A stretch of DNA of 64,000 nt, from NCBI GenBank assembly GCA_043228905.1, contig JBHGNT010000014.1:1860001-1924000 (forward strand), written 5' to 3'. Made by a program: the position numbers and the translations under genes. Below, piece after piece: positions 1 through 11,400 of the stretch. The DNA is from Azolla caroliniana (lineage: Eukaryota > Plantae > Polypodiophyta). A model generated the notes under the pieces. The model worked only from the letters and a program-made list of their open reading frames with translations, was not told where the DNA came from and made no database searches. Positions within the stretch are counted from its first letter, which is position 1; every line of letters begins with the position of its first letter.

Positions 1-44
1 ACCCAGTCACCTTCTTCGATTTTCTTCGGTCGGAGCCGGTGCGT

Positions 45-3000
45 TCAGTCGAACCTGGCTTTGTTCTTTGTCCTCGCCACCTGGAGCTTCTCCGCAGCCA
101 GTTCCACGTCCTCCGGTCTCCGCTCGAGCTGTCGTATACGCGCGGCCAACAACTCCTCCCGGCTCATCTCGTCCCTCCAGTCGACCGTTGCCCACGAGGA
201 GATCGTCCGTTCCATCGGCATGATCGGCTTCTGGCCGAACATGAGCTCCGTCGGCATGTACCCGGTTACCGAACTGTGCGTGGTCCGGTCTGCCCACAAA
301 GCATAAGGTAGCAGCCGCGGCCAGTTACCGACTTGGCCTCCGCATGCTCGAACCAGCGCCTTGACGATCGGTCCGTGTCCGCGCTCCACCTTTCCATTCG
401 CCTCCGGATTGTACGCAGTGGTGAGCGAGAGCTTGACTCCCAACCGGTCGAACAGCTCCGCGGCTTCTTCGGCGTCCAACTCCCCTCGGTCAGCCACGAT
501 CTTCCCGACGCACCCGTACCGGCATATCACGTCCTCGATTAGGAACAGACATACGGCCGCGGTCGTTTTGTTCGGAAGGGCCTGGCCTTCCACCTGGTTC
601 GTCAGATCCTCCCGCGCTAGGACCAGGTACCGCATCTGTCCTACCCCCATTGGCATCGTCACCAGATCTACCATCCATTTGAAGTGGATGGTCGGAGGGT
701 ACGTAGGGTGAAGCTCGTCCCGGTGTCGGACCACGGAGTGCATCTGACAGCTCTCGCAAGTTGTCACTAATCGATGCACGTCCCGGTACAGTCCCGGCCA
801 CCAGTACTTCTCCTTTATCTTCTCGAACGTGGCCCAAGTTCCACGGTGTCCGGCCCAAGGGCTGTCGTGGTAGGCCGTCAGCAGCTCCTCCTGTTCTTCC
901 TTCATCGCCACCACCCGGAGTGGAGCGCCGTCCCTCTTCTTCGGGTGCTTCCATAGATAGCCATCCCGGAGAAAGAACCGGTACGCTTTCTTCCGGATCC
1001 GGTTGGCCTCGTCTTTCGTCCATGACGCATCCGGCGCCATTGTCCTCAAGAACCCGCCGATCTGCAGCCACTCCCCGTCGTACTTGCTCGCGTCGAAGTC
1101 GTTAAGCGCCGGAGTGCTCGTCCCGCCGGTCGTTACGTATGCTGCCTCGAAGAAGTCCACGCCGACCTCTTCGTCTTCCGAAACCATGCCGCCTTCGTCA
1201 TCGAATCTCGCCCTTGAAAGCATGTCGGCCATGGCGTTGTCTTTCCCGGAAATGTGTCGTATTTCCGGGTCCAGGGACTTGATGTACGCTATCCACCTGA
1301 GCATTGCCAGGTCCGGCGTCGCGCATCCGGAAACCATGCCGAGAATCGGCATGCAATCCGTCTCTATGATTACCTCTGTCCCGATCAAATAGTCCTTGTC
1401 GGCCTTCACCGCCGAAACGATACCCCAGAGTTCGCGTTTAACCTGGGCGTATCCTCGCTGCCGCTCACTGAGGACCTTCGCGCCGAATCGGATCGGAAAC
1501 CGATTGCCGTCCTCGTCTTCTTGGTTGACGACCCACCCGATTCCGGTCGGACTCGTGTCAACCGTTATGTACACTGGGGTGCCCTTCCTGTAGACGGCCT
1601 TTCGGAGCGCCGGTGCTGCCGAAAGAGCCTCCTTCAGCTTCCGGACCGACTCCGTATGCTTGTCTAGCCATTCGAATCTTCGCCCTTTCTTCAATAATCC
1701 GTACAGCGGCTCCGCGACGTGCGCGTAATGCGGGATCCATATGTGGTAGAAGGCGCATGCTCCCAAGAATCTTCGTACTTCCGTGACCGAGCTGCAATCA
1801 GGCTTCATCGCGGAGATGGCTTCTACCTTTGCCGGAGACGGTTTCCGGCCATATGGTCCACATAAATGTCCGACCACCATGATTTCCGACTGCCCGAAGG
1901 CTGACTTCTCCCCCGAGAAGGTGAGCCTCGCATCCTCTAGCCTTTGCAGCACCTTCTCGCAGTCGTCGATGTGCGTCACCACGAATCGCCGGCATCCGTC
2001 CGGCCCGATCGTCTCGTCCTTCTCTTCTACCGGGCATCCCTTGATCGGGATGTCGTCTAGAAACGGCATGGTGATGTCCGGGATGCAGTTCCTCAGCACC
2101 TTGTTCATTGTATTCACCATGTGGGCCACCGAGTTGGTCCCTCCTTGCGGCAGCGTACACATCCGCACTAGGCCGAGGGGAGTTCGCATCGTCGTAATGT
2201 CTCTGCTCTCCACGGCTAGCTGGAACTGGTCGTACCCTGAGTATAGATCACCGACCGAGTAAATCGACCTTCCGGCGAAGGCCTCCGCGAACTCGTCTAT
2301 GGTCGGTCCGATCCCTGCGTTCCGAATGGTCACTCTATTGACCGGCTGCAGGTCCTGAATGAAGCGCAACGACCCGTTTTTCTTTGGTACGGTAAACCAT
2401 CGGTTTGAATACGGGGCGCTCGACGGCTCGAGAATGCCCATATCAACTTTCTGCTTCAACAGCTCCATCAACTTCGGGATGTGAGCTCTCGGAACCGGAA
2501 TTGGCTTGAGATTCCACGGTACATGCGGTACCGTGAATATCACCATTGGCTCTACGATCGTCGGGTCTACGCACCCGATTTCCTCCGGTGAGAATGCGAA
2601 GGCTTTCCCGTGCCTTCCGAGCATTCTCCGAAACCGGTCTTCCTCCACCGGCAGTAGGAACCCGCCCCCACCTATCTTCAGCTCGCGGAGCGTCTCGTTG
2701 GTGAAGGTGTGTCCTATGCAGGCCGGATCTCGTAAGCTGGGGTCCGATGCAACCCCTTTGATTCGGGATTCGTTGCCCTCCGGTAAGGGCGCCGCAACTG
2801 GCCTCACCTTCCGGTCCACAGTCTTGTACTTGGTGCTAACTCGGGCCGTCCGTTCCGACTCGAGCCCTCGACCGAAGTCCGCGATGACTTCGTACATTTC
2901 TTCGGAACATACCGGTATCGTCCGGTCTTCGTTAAGGTCTTCTTCGACTACCTTCCCCAGCATTCCCAAGGTGTCGTCGAAGGAGACTGCCTCCACGGCT

Positions 3001-3089
3001 CCGTTGATTTCTTCGTCAGGGCCGAGAACTCCGCACGCCCGAAGTCTCCCCTCCGTCTTTGTTTTCTCTCGGCCAGCGATGCCGACCAT
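45..3089 (-). CDS. pol: Gypsy Pol (RT, RNase H, integrase); premature TGA at 45-47; frame open upstream past the gag stop
   Basis: RT motifs DLYSGYDQ, LPQG and FLDD; RNase H DTS..ETD..DMLSR; integrase H..GH..C..C and D..D..E. After the TGA the frame continues THRLRPKKIEEGDW, as in Gypsy B. Confidence 0.92.
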   Translation of the reverse strand: MVGIAGREKTKTEGRLRACGVLGPDEEINGAVEAVSFDDTLGMLGKVVEEDLNEDRTIPVCSEEMYEVIADFGRGLESERTARVSTKYKTVDRKVRPVAAPLPEGNESRIKGVASDPSLRDPACIGHTFTNETLRELKIGGGGFLLPVEEDRFRRMLGRHGKAFAFSPEEIGCVDPTIVEPMVIFTVPHVPWNLKPIPVPRAHIPKLMELLKQKVDMGILEPSSAPYSNRWFTVPKKNGSLRFIQDLQPVNRVTIRNAGIGPTIDEFAEAFAGRSIYSVGDLYSGYDQFQLAVESRDITTMRTPLGLVRMCTLPQGGTNSVAHMVNTMNKVLRNCIPDITMPFLDDIPIKGCPVEEKDETIGPDGCRRFVVTHIDDCEKVLQRLEDARLTFSGEKSAFGQSEIMVVGHLCGPYGRKPSPAKVEAISAMKPDCSSVTEVRRFLGACAFYHIWIPHYAHVAEPLYGLLKKGRRFEWLDKHTESVRKLKEALSAAPALRKAVYRKGTPVYITVDTSPTGIGWVVNQEDEDGNRFPIRFGAKVLSERQRGYAQVKRELWGIVSAVKADKDYLIGTEVIIETDCMPILGMVSGCATPDLAMLRWIAYIKSLDPEIRHISGKDNAMADMLSRARFDDEGGMVSEDEEVGVDFFEAAYVTTGGTSTPALNDFDASKYDGEWLQIGGFLRTMAPDASWTKDEANRIRKKAYRFFLRDGYLWKHPKKRDGAPLRVVAMKEEQEELLTAYHDSPWAGHRGTWATFEKIKEKYWWPGLYRDVHRLVTTCESCQMHSVVRHRDELHPTYPPTIHFKWMVDLVTMPMGVGQMRYLVLAREDLTNQVEGQALPNKTTAAVCLFLIEDVICRYGCVGKIVADRGELDAEEAAELFDRLGVKLSLTTAYNPEANGKVERGHGPIVKALVRACGGQVGNWPRLLPYALWADRTTHSSVTGYMPTELMFGQKPIMPMERTISSWATVDWRDEMSREELLAARIRQLERRPEDVELAAEKLQVARTKNKARFD

Positions 3090-3211
3090 CGTACATGCTC
3101 CGCTGTCGGAGAAGCAAAATTTCCTACCTATTGTACACGGTTTTATCGTACAGATGTGGGGTTTTCCCGGAGCATCCGGACTGTCGCGGCCCCACGCCTT
3201 GGCAGTCCTCT

Positions 3212-5338
3212 CTAAATATCCTCTCGGTTTTCGGAACCGAGGGAGTCGCGGTTACGTTCGTGGTTCGGCCGTACCGTCAGAAACTGGACCGAATGGCGCC
3301 CGTCTTGGCTTTTGACCCTCGCGTAGGCCGAACCATTGTCCAGCACCTTGGTCTCCATTCGCGCCGCCGTGATGTACGGCTCTCCCAGTATGACCGGATG
3401 CGAAGACGTCTCCTGCACGAAGAAGTGCTGGTCAATCTCGACGTCGCCGATCTTGACTCGTACATTCGGACAGGCCCCGTGCAGTTCCTCGGTGGCGCGC
3501 GTTGCTGCCCTTATTTTCCACCCGTGCTTGGTGTTGATCGGCCATTTTCCCTTCTTATAGAAGTCCATGGACATCAAATTGATCTCCGATCCGTGGTCCA
3601 CCAAAGCTATCACCGGTTCCTGGACATCGCCGATCTTCACCGGGGTTTCCGTGGTCGCTCGGGCCCAGTGTGGTCTCGAATAGTGGCTTTCCGCCCACTC
3701 GTCTCCCAGCGCCATGTCGTCTAGGTGCGTCGTCCGTACTTCCACCGGTCTTTCCGGTTCCGTATCCGTTGACAGCCTCTTCCGTTTCACCAAGTCCACG
3801 ATGGAGTCGTGGAACTCCTTCTTGGCGATTCCCAGCACCTCTCGTAACGACAGCTCCACCTTGCTGTCGAGGATCCGTTCCTCCAGGACCTTTCGTAAGT
3901 CCGTGGTCCTTTCTATCTCCGTCCCCAGACGGTACCCGCCCTTCTGGGGTTTATCTTGCGTACCGGCCCCGCCGGCTTCGTCCCGTCGTGGCCCGGACCG
4001 GGTCTCGTATCGTTGTGGGGGCCCGGTCGTCCCGGGTTTCCCCACCCGCTTCTCTTCTACCAGAGCCTCGTAGTTCTGGCAAGCGGCTTCCACGAAGCCC
4101 GTCTTTTCCTCGACCGGGTCGCTCCACCCGGTCATCTCCCGTACCCGTTTCTCCGCACGGTCCGATTCCTCCCTTTTAAGCCTTGCACCGGCAAGGCCTT
4201 CCAGCATCGTCGGCCAGAATCCGGCTTTGCTTTCCCTTCGGGCCTCGCCGCCCCCGACTCGAATGCCGGCCGACGCCGAGTAGTGGACGGTTTCCGCGTG
4301 TCGGGCCGCCGCCTCTTCCATCAACCTTTTCATACCACCTCGCCCGTCGTTTCGGCTCAGGGCCCTTCGGGTGTCGCTGGCATGCACCCGTCCTTCCCAC
4401 AGGTACACCACCCTGTTCCTCAGCGCCTCCGCGAAGTCGCCGCAGTCCTTCCGAATGTGGCCGACTTCATCGCACCACATGCACCTGTTTGCTGCCGCCG
4501 GCCGTCGGTCGCGAGCCGGTTCGCCACCTTCCCTTCGGGCTTGCGCGATTTGGAGGTCCTTTATCGCCCTCGTCAATTCCTCCAGCGCCGCTCCTCCGGT
4601 TGAGCCTCTGACTACGCCGGTCGAAGCCGAACCGGTTTCCAACCACTCTCGGGTCTCTTCCTTTCGCACCTGTGGCGCTGGTTCGAGCTTCCTTGCTGCG
4701 ACCGAGCCCGACCCGGTTGCCCCGTTATCCGCCCATTCTCGCCGTTTGTCGAAACGGCCACAGACTTTCTTGACAGCCGCCCAGTCGGTAGTGAGCCCGT
4801 CTTCGGTTTCCAGCAAGAGGCCCACTTGCTCCCGATCCCGCTCGTCGACCGACTTGACAAACAGCAAGACCCGGCTCGTGTCCAGGATGGTTCGGTCGAG
4901 CGCCGAAAGGCGCGCAAAGTTTTCCTCGAACTCCCGGAGGAGTGCCGACGCGTTTCTTCCCTTCCCCGGGGACTCCACCCATTCCATGAACCTTCGCTTC
5001 GAAAGCCGGAGCGCGTCGTCCAGCCCGTATTTCTCTAGGAGCCGACCTTCGAACTCCTCCCAGGTACGGCTCTCCGCCCGCACCTCGAGCACCTCCGCAT
5101 GGATGCTCGGCATCGCCACTCGGGGAAATCCGGCAAGACGCCTTTCTTCCGGAATGTCCCGCATCAGCATCTCTGCACCGTAGGACGCCAAATACTTCGT
5201 GGCATCCTTCCCATCGAACCGGCCGATCGTGCCGACGACCGCCTCAATAGCTCTGTCGAGGGCACCGGTTCCCTCGCGCGCGTTTACAATCCGATCCACG
5301 GCCGAAGCCATGGCCTCTGCAAGATCCGACCCCCTCAT
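3212..5338 (-). CDS. gag: Gypsy Gag-protease
   Basis: CCHC knuckle CMWCDEVGHIRKDC; aspartic protease ALVDHGSEINLM...ILG; first ATG at 5338, just downstream of the PBS. Confidence 0.88.
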   Translation of the reverse strand: MRGSDLAEAMASAVDRIVNAREGTGALDRAIEAVVGTIGRFDGKDATKYLASYGAEMLMRDIPEERRLAGFPRVAMPSIHAEVLEVRAESRTWEEFEGRLLEKYGLDDALRLSKRRFMEWVESPGKGRNASALLREFEENFARLSALDRTILDTSRVLLFVKSVDERDREQVGLLLETEDGLTTDWAAVKKVCGRFDKRREWADNGATGSGSVAARKLEPAPQVRKEETREWLETGSASTGVVRGSTGGAALEELTRAIKDLQIAQARREGGEPARDRRPAAANRCMWCDEVGHIRKDCGDFAEALRNRVVYLWEGRVHASDTRRALSRNDGRGGMKRLMEEAAARHAETVHYSASAGIRVGGGEARRESKAGFWPTMLEGLAGARLKREESDRAEKRVREMTGWSDPVEEKTGFVEAACQNYEALVEEKRVGKPGTTGPPQRYETRSGPRRDEAGGAGTQDKPQKGGYRLGTEIERTTDLRKVLEERILDSKVELSLREVLGIAKKEFHDSIVDLVKRKRLSTDTEPERPVEVRTTHLDDMALGDEWAESHYSRPHWARATTETPVKIGDVQEPVIALVDHGSEINLMSMDFYKKGKWPINTKHGWKIRAATRATEELHGACPNVRVKIGDVEIDQHFFVQETSSHPVILGEPYITAARMETKVLDNGSAYARVKSQDGRHSVQFLTVRPNHERNRDSLGSENREDI

Positions 5339-5360
5339 CTTCTGCCCTTCTGCCGCCTCC

Positions 5361-5378
5361 TTCACGTCGGGTTCACCA
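5361..5378 (-). promoter_or_regulatory. Primer binding site complementary to the 3' end of tRNA-Trp
   Basis: Plus strand TTCACGTCGGGTTCACCA matches the 3' 18 nt of plant cytosolic tRNA-Trp(CCA) as I recall it. It lies 4 nt from the LTR edge. Confidence 0.85.
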
Positions 5379-5382
5379 AAGA

Positions 5383-6175
5383 TGTCGAGTTATTACGCAA
5401 GTGCGTGTGGAAACGAGGCGGGACCGCGGGGGTCTCGAACCAAAGAGCAAGCGAGGGAGGAGAAAGAGAGAGAACCGGCTACGCAGGACCGGGGATACAC
5501 AGGGACACGGCCCTTCAGCACGGAGAACGCGAACAGACACCGACACAGACAGATGCGAATGACTAAATATGTATATTAAGAAAAATGGCTAACACGACTA
5601 CAACCCTCGATGGGGCACAGGTTGGTTACAACCGAACAGGCCGGCGAACAGATGCCGATGCTTGTTCGCTTCGACGCACAAAGGGGTAGCAGGTCGGAGG
5701 TGCTGCCGGAAGCACTCGGGCGTTCCTCGAAACAGCGCGAGCCTCCTCGGAACCCTGCACAGAAAAGCTATGGAGCTCAAGAAGGAAGGAAACAGAGAGA
5801 GAAGCGTCCAGAAAAGATCCGACAGCACTTCGTCCTCTCTGCGCGAGATGCCTGCAACAGCTCTTTCCTGCTCCTTATATAGGCCAACGAGCAGGCCGTC
5901 ATGTCAGCTTTATTCCCTGTCCCTTTTGGACAGGGATCCGCTCCGTTCTTCACGCATCCGCGTAGTTACGCCGCCGACTCGTACAGTTCCTTAGCTCGCG
6001 CGCGCGACCGAAAAGACTGTTCGCGCGGTCTTTGTCTCCACTTGTGTTAGGGCCCGTTCCTGCCGATTATCCTCCTAATTCGCTTCTATGTACAACTTGG
6101 AGCGTGCGCGCGTGAAGAACCGGTTCCCACGCCTTGGTGCGCCGATTCCGCTTATGGACGGTTTTCTTCACGACA
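5383..6175 (-). repeat. 5' LTR of Gypsy A (793 bp)
   Basis: TGTCG/CGACA inverted ends, adjacent PBS, and TATATAA on the minus strand near 5875-5882. Confidence 0.82.
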
Positions 6176-8421
6176 ACGCGATCTCCGCACTTCCCAATGA
6201 GACTGCGTATCTGGATGTGGACTACGATCATGGGCATTTCCGGCCCAATCGGCATCCGTGTAGCCGACTAACTGTTCGGCTATGCCTTCACGATACAACA
6301 ACGCCATGTCTTTCGTGCCGATAACATATCTTAATATTCTTTGTGCGCATTGAAGGTGTTTAGTTGTGGGTTGATACATAAATTGATTGATCATTCTGAC
6401 TGGATAGTTGAGGTCGGGTCGAGTGATCGTCAAGTAAATGAGGCTTCCGACAATCTGTCGAAATCGTGTCGGGTTGCACGCCTTACATTTCTATCCAGAG
6501 GGGTTGAGATGGGCTTACAATCTACCATCCCGAACTTGAAGAGCATATTCAACACGTAATGACGTTGGTTGATCAATATGCCTTCGAGGGAATGGATAAC
6601 TTCGATCCCAAGGAAGTAATGAAGATTGCCGAGATCCTTCATTTCGAACGACGCGCAAGCTGAGACTTTACACAACGGATTTCTTCCAGGTCAGCACCGA
6701 CGATGACTAAACCATCAACATAAAGTAAAAGACAAACTGGTCCATGTCCACCTTGCCGACCAAATAACGAAGAGTCCGATTTGGACATCGTAAACCCCAT
6801 CCTACCCAACCGTTGCGTAATCTTCGTGTTCCAAGCTCGCAGGGCTTGCTTAAGACCGTATAAGCGTGGAAACACTATTATAGCTAATTAGCTACTAAAA
6901 TGGCCACATCTAATTAGCTATTTGTTTAGCTAGTTTTTTGTGGGAAAATCATAAGGATGGTTTACGAAATTTTATGTTTTATTAGTTAAATACATGTAAT
7001 TTAATTTATGAGAATACTCAAATATTTGAACTTTGGTTTCTAACGTAGTGGAACATGGGGAATAGTGCCATCATCTAAGGTCGACTTGAATGTCATCAAA
7101 TTCTTGATAATCTTGAGTTCGAGTTCGAACTCCAAATAGATGGAGTACTCTGAGCATGAATGCAGACGAAGCCCCCGCAGCAGCACAAAAACTCTGAGAT
7201 CCACATTGCACCTTTAGAGCTACAACACACAAGCAAGTCGATCCTCGTCCAGGTATGTATCAGTTACATATTAAAAAACTTTTTTTTTCCTTTTTGATAA
7301 CTGTCTGTAACTTTGGTGCTTGTTCATCTTTCCCAAATATTGAATAGGGCGAAGTCATTGGAGTCCCAAACAAGGATGTCTCGAAGATCGGGCTGTAGCA
7401 GCAAGTGTGTTTCTGATTGACAGAATTTCATAGTACGGTTGATTTTTGCCTTTAGTGATGATTAGGGTTTGTTTTTCCCTTAAGTGGTTTAGGGTTTCTG
7501 ATTACAAATTTCAGATTACAAGTTTCTGGTTACAAATTTCTAATTACAAATTTCTGATTACTGTCGCAATCTCTTGTAATTTTGCACCAATTCTCATGAC
7601 AAAATCTGATTAGGGTGTTTGATGTGGTTGATTTCAGATACATGTTGAAAAGGACAGATTACAAATTTCAGATTACCGTCTCAAAGTGTTGTAATTTTGC
7701 ACCAAATTCACATTAAAATTTTTGTTTTTACACCAATTCTGATTACTGATTTTCTATCTCAGGTGGCTCGTTCCTCCCTATCCTAGAGTGTTGAACATAT
7801 ATGGTCTGTCGCTCGAGGGTATTGACCCTGCTGTTCTAATAGACATTGGCAATGAGATGTTATAAATATGTAATTTGCTACCACTTAATCAATGAAGAAT
7901 TAAATTGCTTGTTTTGAGTAACTTATCTACTGTGTAATTTTAAGAGTATGTTCAGGATTGTTGATTTCATGACAGTGCTTTTTCTTAAAATTATGCAAAC
8001 TATTTTAACTTGTACATGGTTCACTTGAGTTAATTTGTATCTCAGAAAGAAGAACCCTAAACGATATTATTAAACTGTATATCAGAAAGAAGATTGTATA
8101 TAAAAATGACACACAATTTTGTTGAGAAAGAATCACAAAAAGTAGACTGTATATAAAAAAAAAAACTTCCAAATAGGTCCATTAAATTGTTTATTTGTAA
8201 TACATGTGCTTTGTTTGTTTTACAAGAAAACTGGTAATTGCTACTTGTAGCTACAAATTCCATGGCATACTGTTGTAAATACATTCATACACATTAGCAC
8301 TAACTGTGTATAAACCTGAGCAGCTATTGTATTGCGACATTAGGACATTGATGCACCTGACCAAATGAGAGTACATGTACGCCACTGATTTGTCTTCTAA
8401 TAGCCTATACACATAATAGTA

Positions 8422-11400
8422 TGTTAAGAAAACGTGAAGAAGGCACTCGGGCTCTTCTTATGTGCGCGGCGGATCGTGGTGTGCTAGATCGTTTAGTGCT
8501 CAAACACAGAAGGGAAGGGGGAAGGAGACTTACCTCTGTAGCAGCCAAAACTTCTTCTATTTCATTATATGCGGAGCTCTACTTGCTCTCGTCTATTTCT
8601 TTCTTTTTCTCTCACTCTCTGAGTTCTTCCTCTCTTTCCTCACTCTCTCTCTCAGAGTTCTACTTCCTGTGTTTCTTACTTACCTTTCTCTTACTTTCTA
8701 CCTAAGTAATAAGTTACTTACGTATGCAGCTAATTAGCTGTCAGTCGCTAAATAGTTGTCAGTAGCTAAATAGCTGTCAGTAGCTAAATAGCTGTCAGTA
8801 GCTAATTAGTTGTTTCTCCTTTATGTTCACAAGTAGCTAAATAGCTACTATAGCTTATTTCCCAATAAGCATCACATACCATGTTGAGCTTGCTTCTCAA
8901 CACTCCCCCTCAAGCTCAACTTATCCTTTCTTGGGGTTATCTACAACTTCTTTTCCATGATGCTTTTCAGCCATCATATCAATGTCTACAACTCCCATCA
9001 TGTTCTGAAACTGTGTATGCTTTTCCACACTCAATCCCTTTGTGAGAATATCAGCAACCTGCTGATTTGTATTCACATACACCAGATCAACTTCTCCTTC
9101 AATCACTTTTTCTCTAACAAAGTGATAATGCACTTCAATGTGCTTTGTTCTTGCATGGAACACTGGGTTCTTTCCAAGCTGAATGTTGCTCATGTTGTCA
9201 CACCAGATTGTGACAGTACCGTCTATATACTCTCCCAAATCAGCAAGCAATCTTCTGATCCATACCTCTTCACAAGTGGCTATGGCAGCTCCTCTGTACT
9301 CAGCTTCAGTACTAGACAATGCAACAATAGCCTGTTTCTTGCTACTCCGTGAAATACCTGCACTTCCCAATGTAAAGATATATCCACTTGTGGATCTTCT
9401 ATCTGTTTGGCTTCCAGCCCAATCAACATCTATATATCCTTCCAGATTTATGTCCAAATCAGCCCTGTAAAACAATCCATAGTTCTGAGTAGCTTTTACA
9501 TACCTCAGAATTCTTCTAATGCAGTCCAAATGCGGCTTTTTTGGCTGTTGCATAAATTGGCTGACTAAACCAATTGCATAACTCAAATCAGGTCCTGTTA
9601 TGGTCAAATAAATAAGGCTGCCCACCATAGACCTGTACATGTTTACATCCTCTATTTTGGCTCCCAAATCAGCCCTCAATTTGCAGTTTTTATCTAGTGG
9701 TACTCCAATAGGTTTGCATCCAAGCATACCATACTTTTTCAACATAGTTGTTGCATATTGTCTTTGCAACACACATATACCACTTTCAGATCTGATGATT
9801 TCAATACCCAAAAAATATCTCAGATCTCCCAAATCTTTCATATGAAATTTCATTTCCAAATTTCTTTTCAACTTACTTATCTCATCCATGAAATCACCTC
9901 CAATGATGAGATCATCAACATAAATCAGAATCACAACAATACAATCATCTTTCATTTTAACATACAATGATGAATCAGCCTTTGACATTTTGAAGTCAAG
10001 TTTTTTCAGATAATCTGAAAGTTCTCTGTGCCATGTTCTTAGTGCTTGTTTCAGTCCATAGAGAGCCTTTTTCAGCTTACATACATAATCTGAATGCTTC
10101 CTATCTTCAAAACCTGGTGGTTGACACATATGCATTTCTTCTTCCAAGTTACCATGTAAAAAGGCATTTTTTACATCCATATGATGAAGAAACCATCTTC
10201 TGGCTGCACCTACAGCCAGTAATGTCCTCAATGTTGCCATCTTTGCAACCGGTGCAAATGTCTCATCATAATCAATTCCTTGCATTTGGGCATATCCCTT
10301 TGCAACCAATCTTGCTTTATGTCTACTTACATTCCCACTGGAATCATGCTTTGTCTTGTAGACCCATTTGCAACCTACCACATTTTTTCCTTTTGGTAAC
10401 TTCACCAAATCCCATGTTCTGTTTTCAGCTAATGCATCAATCTCTTCTTGCATTGCATCCACCCATTTCTTCTCAGTTTTAGCCTCATCAAAACTACTTG
10501 GATCAGGGATCTGTACCACCTTAGACATATATGCATAATGCATAGCCATATATGTATCATAACCAAATCTTTCAACAGTTTTTTTCTCTCTATCTGATCT
10601 TCTCAGTTTCTGATTTGCATCCTTCAATGCTTTTTCCATACCAGGGATTTTCAATCCTCTTATACTAAGAAGATCATCCAATGACACATCTGAATCCTCA
10701 TCTTCCATGTTTTTAGACAAGTCATCCAACATTTCATACTGTGGCATTTTCTGTTTTCCTTTTTTATCATCACATTTTTTGTGTCCTCCACTTTTTCCAC
10801 TCCAAGAATTCGGATCAGATTTACCATCTGAGCTTTTTGATGGTCCAGAACATTCTGTTGATGTTGGACTCTGCTGTCCAACCTTGCTTCCATCTCTGTG
10901 GCAGTCTTCTACATTTTCAGATTTGTCTCTGTCTTCAATCTCATTGTCTTCATCAATCTCTGGATTTTGTTTTGGACTATACCAGCTGGCTAACTCATCA
11001 AAGTTTACATCCCTACTTGTCACAATCTTCTTCGTTACAGGGTTATAGCATCGATACCCTTTTTGTTCTTCTGAATAGCCAACAAAAATACATTTTTCTG
11101 CTTTTGGATCCAGCTTACTTCTTACTTCTGCAGGCACATGTACATATGCAAGGCATCCAAACACTTTTAAGTGTTCTAAACTAGGTTTCCTTCCATAGAA
11201 ACACTCTTCAGGAGTTGCTTCATGTACTCCCGATGTTATACATCTCTATTTAGAATATAATTCGCTGTATTTACAGCTTCTGCCCAATAGTACAATGGCA
11301 TATTCTTCTCTGTCATCAAAGCCCTTGCAATGTTCACCAATGTTCTGTTTTTCCTCTCAGCAACTCCATTTTGCTGTGGAGTATATCTACATGTGAACTG

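Larger units (their letters stand above)
1..6175 (-). mobile_element. Ty3/Gypsy LTR retrotransposon A (GC-rich, non-chromovirus-like, tRNA-Trp primed); 3' end lies outside the window
   Basis: Minus-strand order gag-PR-RT-RH-IN. 5' LTR 5383-6175 has TGTCG...CGACA termini, with a PBS at 5361-5378. It interrupts the Copia A RNase H frame (..LGSAEIA) at 6176. Confidence 0.93.

Noticed and set aside
39-6324. Many plus-strand ORFs over Gypsy A (likewise over Copia E and F)
   Set aside because: These are antisense shadows of GC-rich coding sequence with no recognisable motifs.
8421-8737. Duplicated small ORFs (8421/13411, 43970/48305, 55551/60288)
   Set aside because: They lie within LTRs and are duplicated only because LTRs are.
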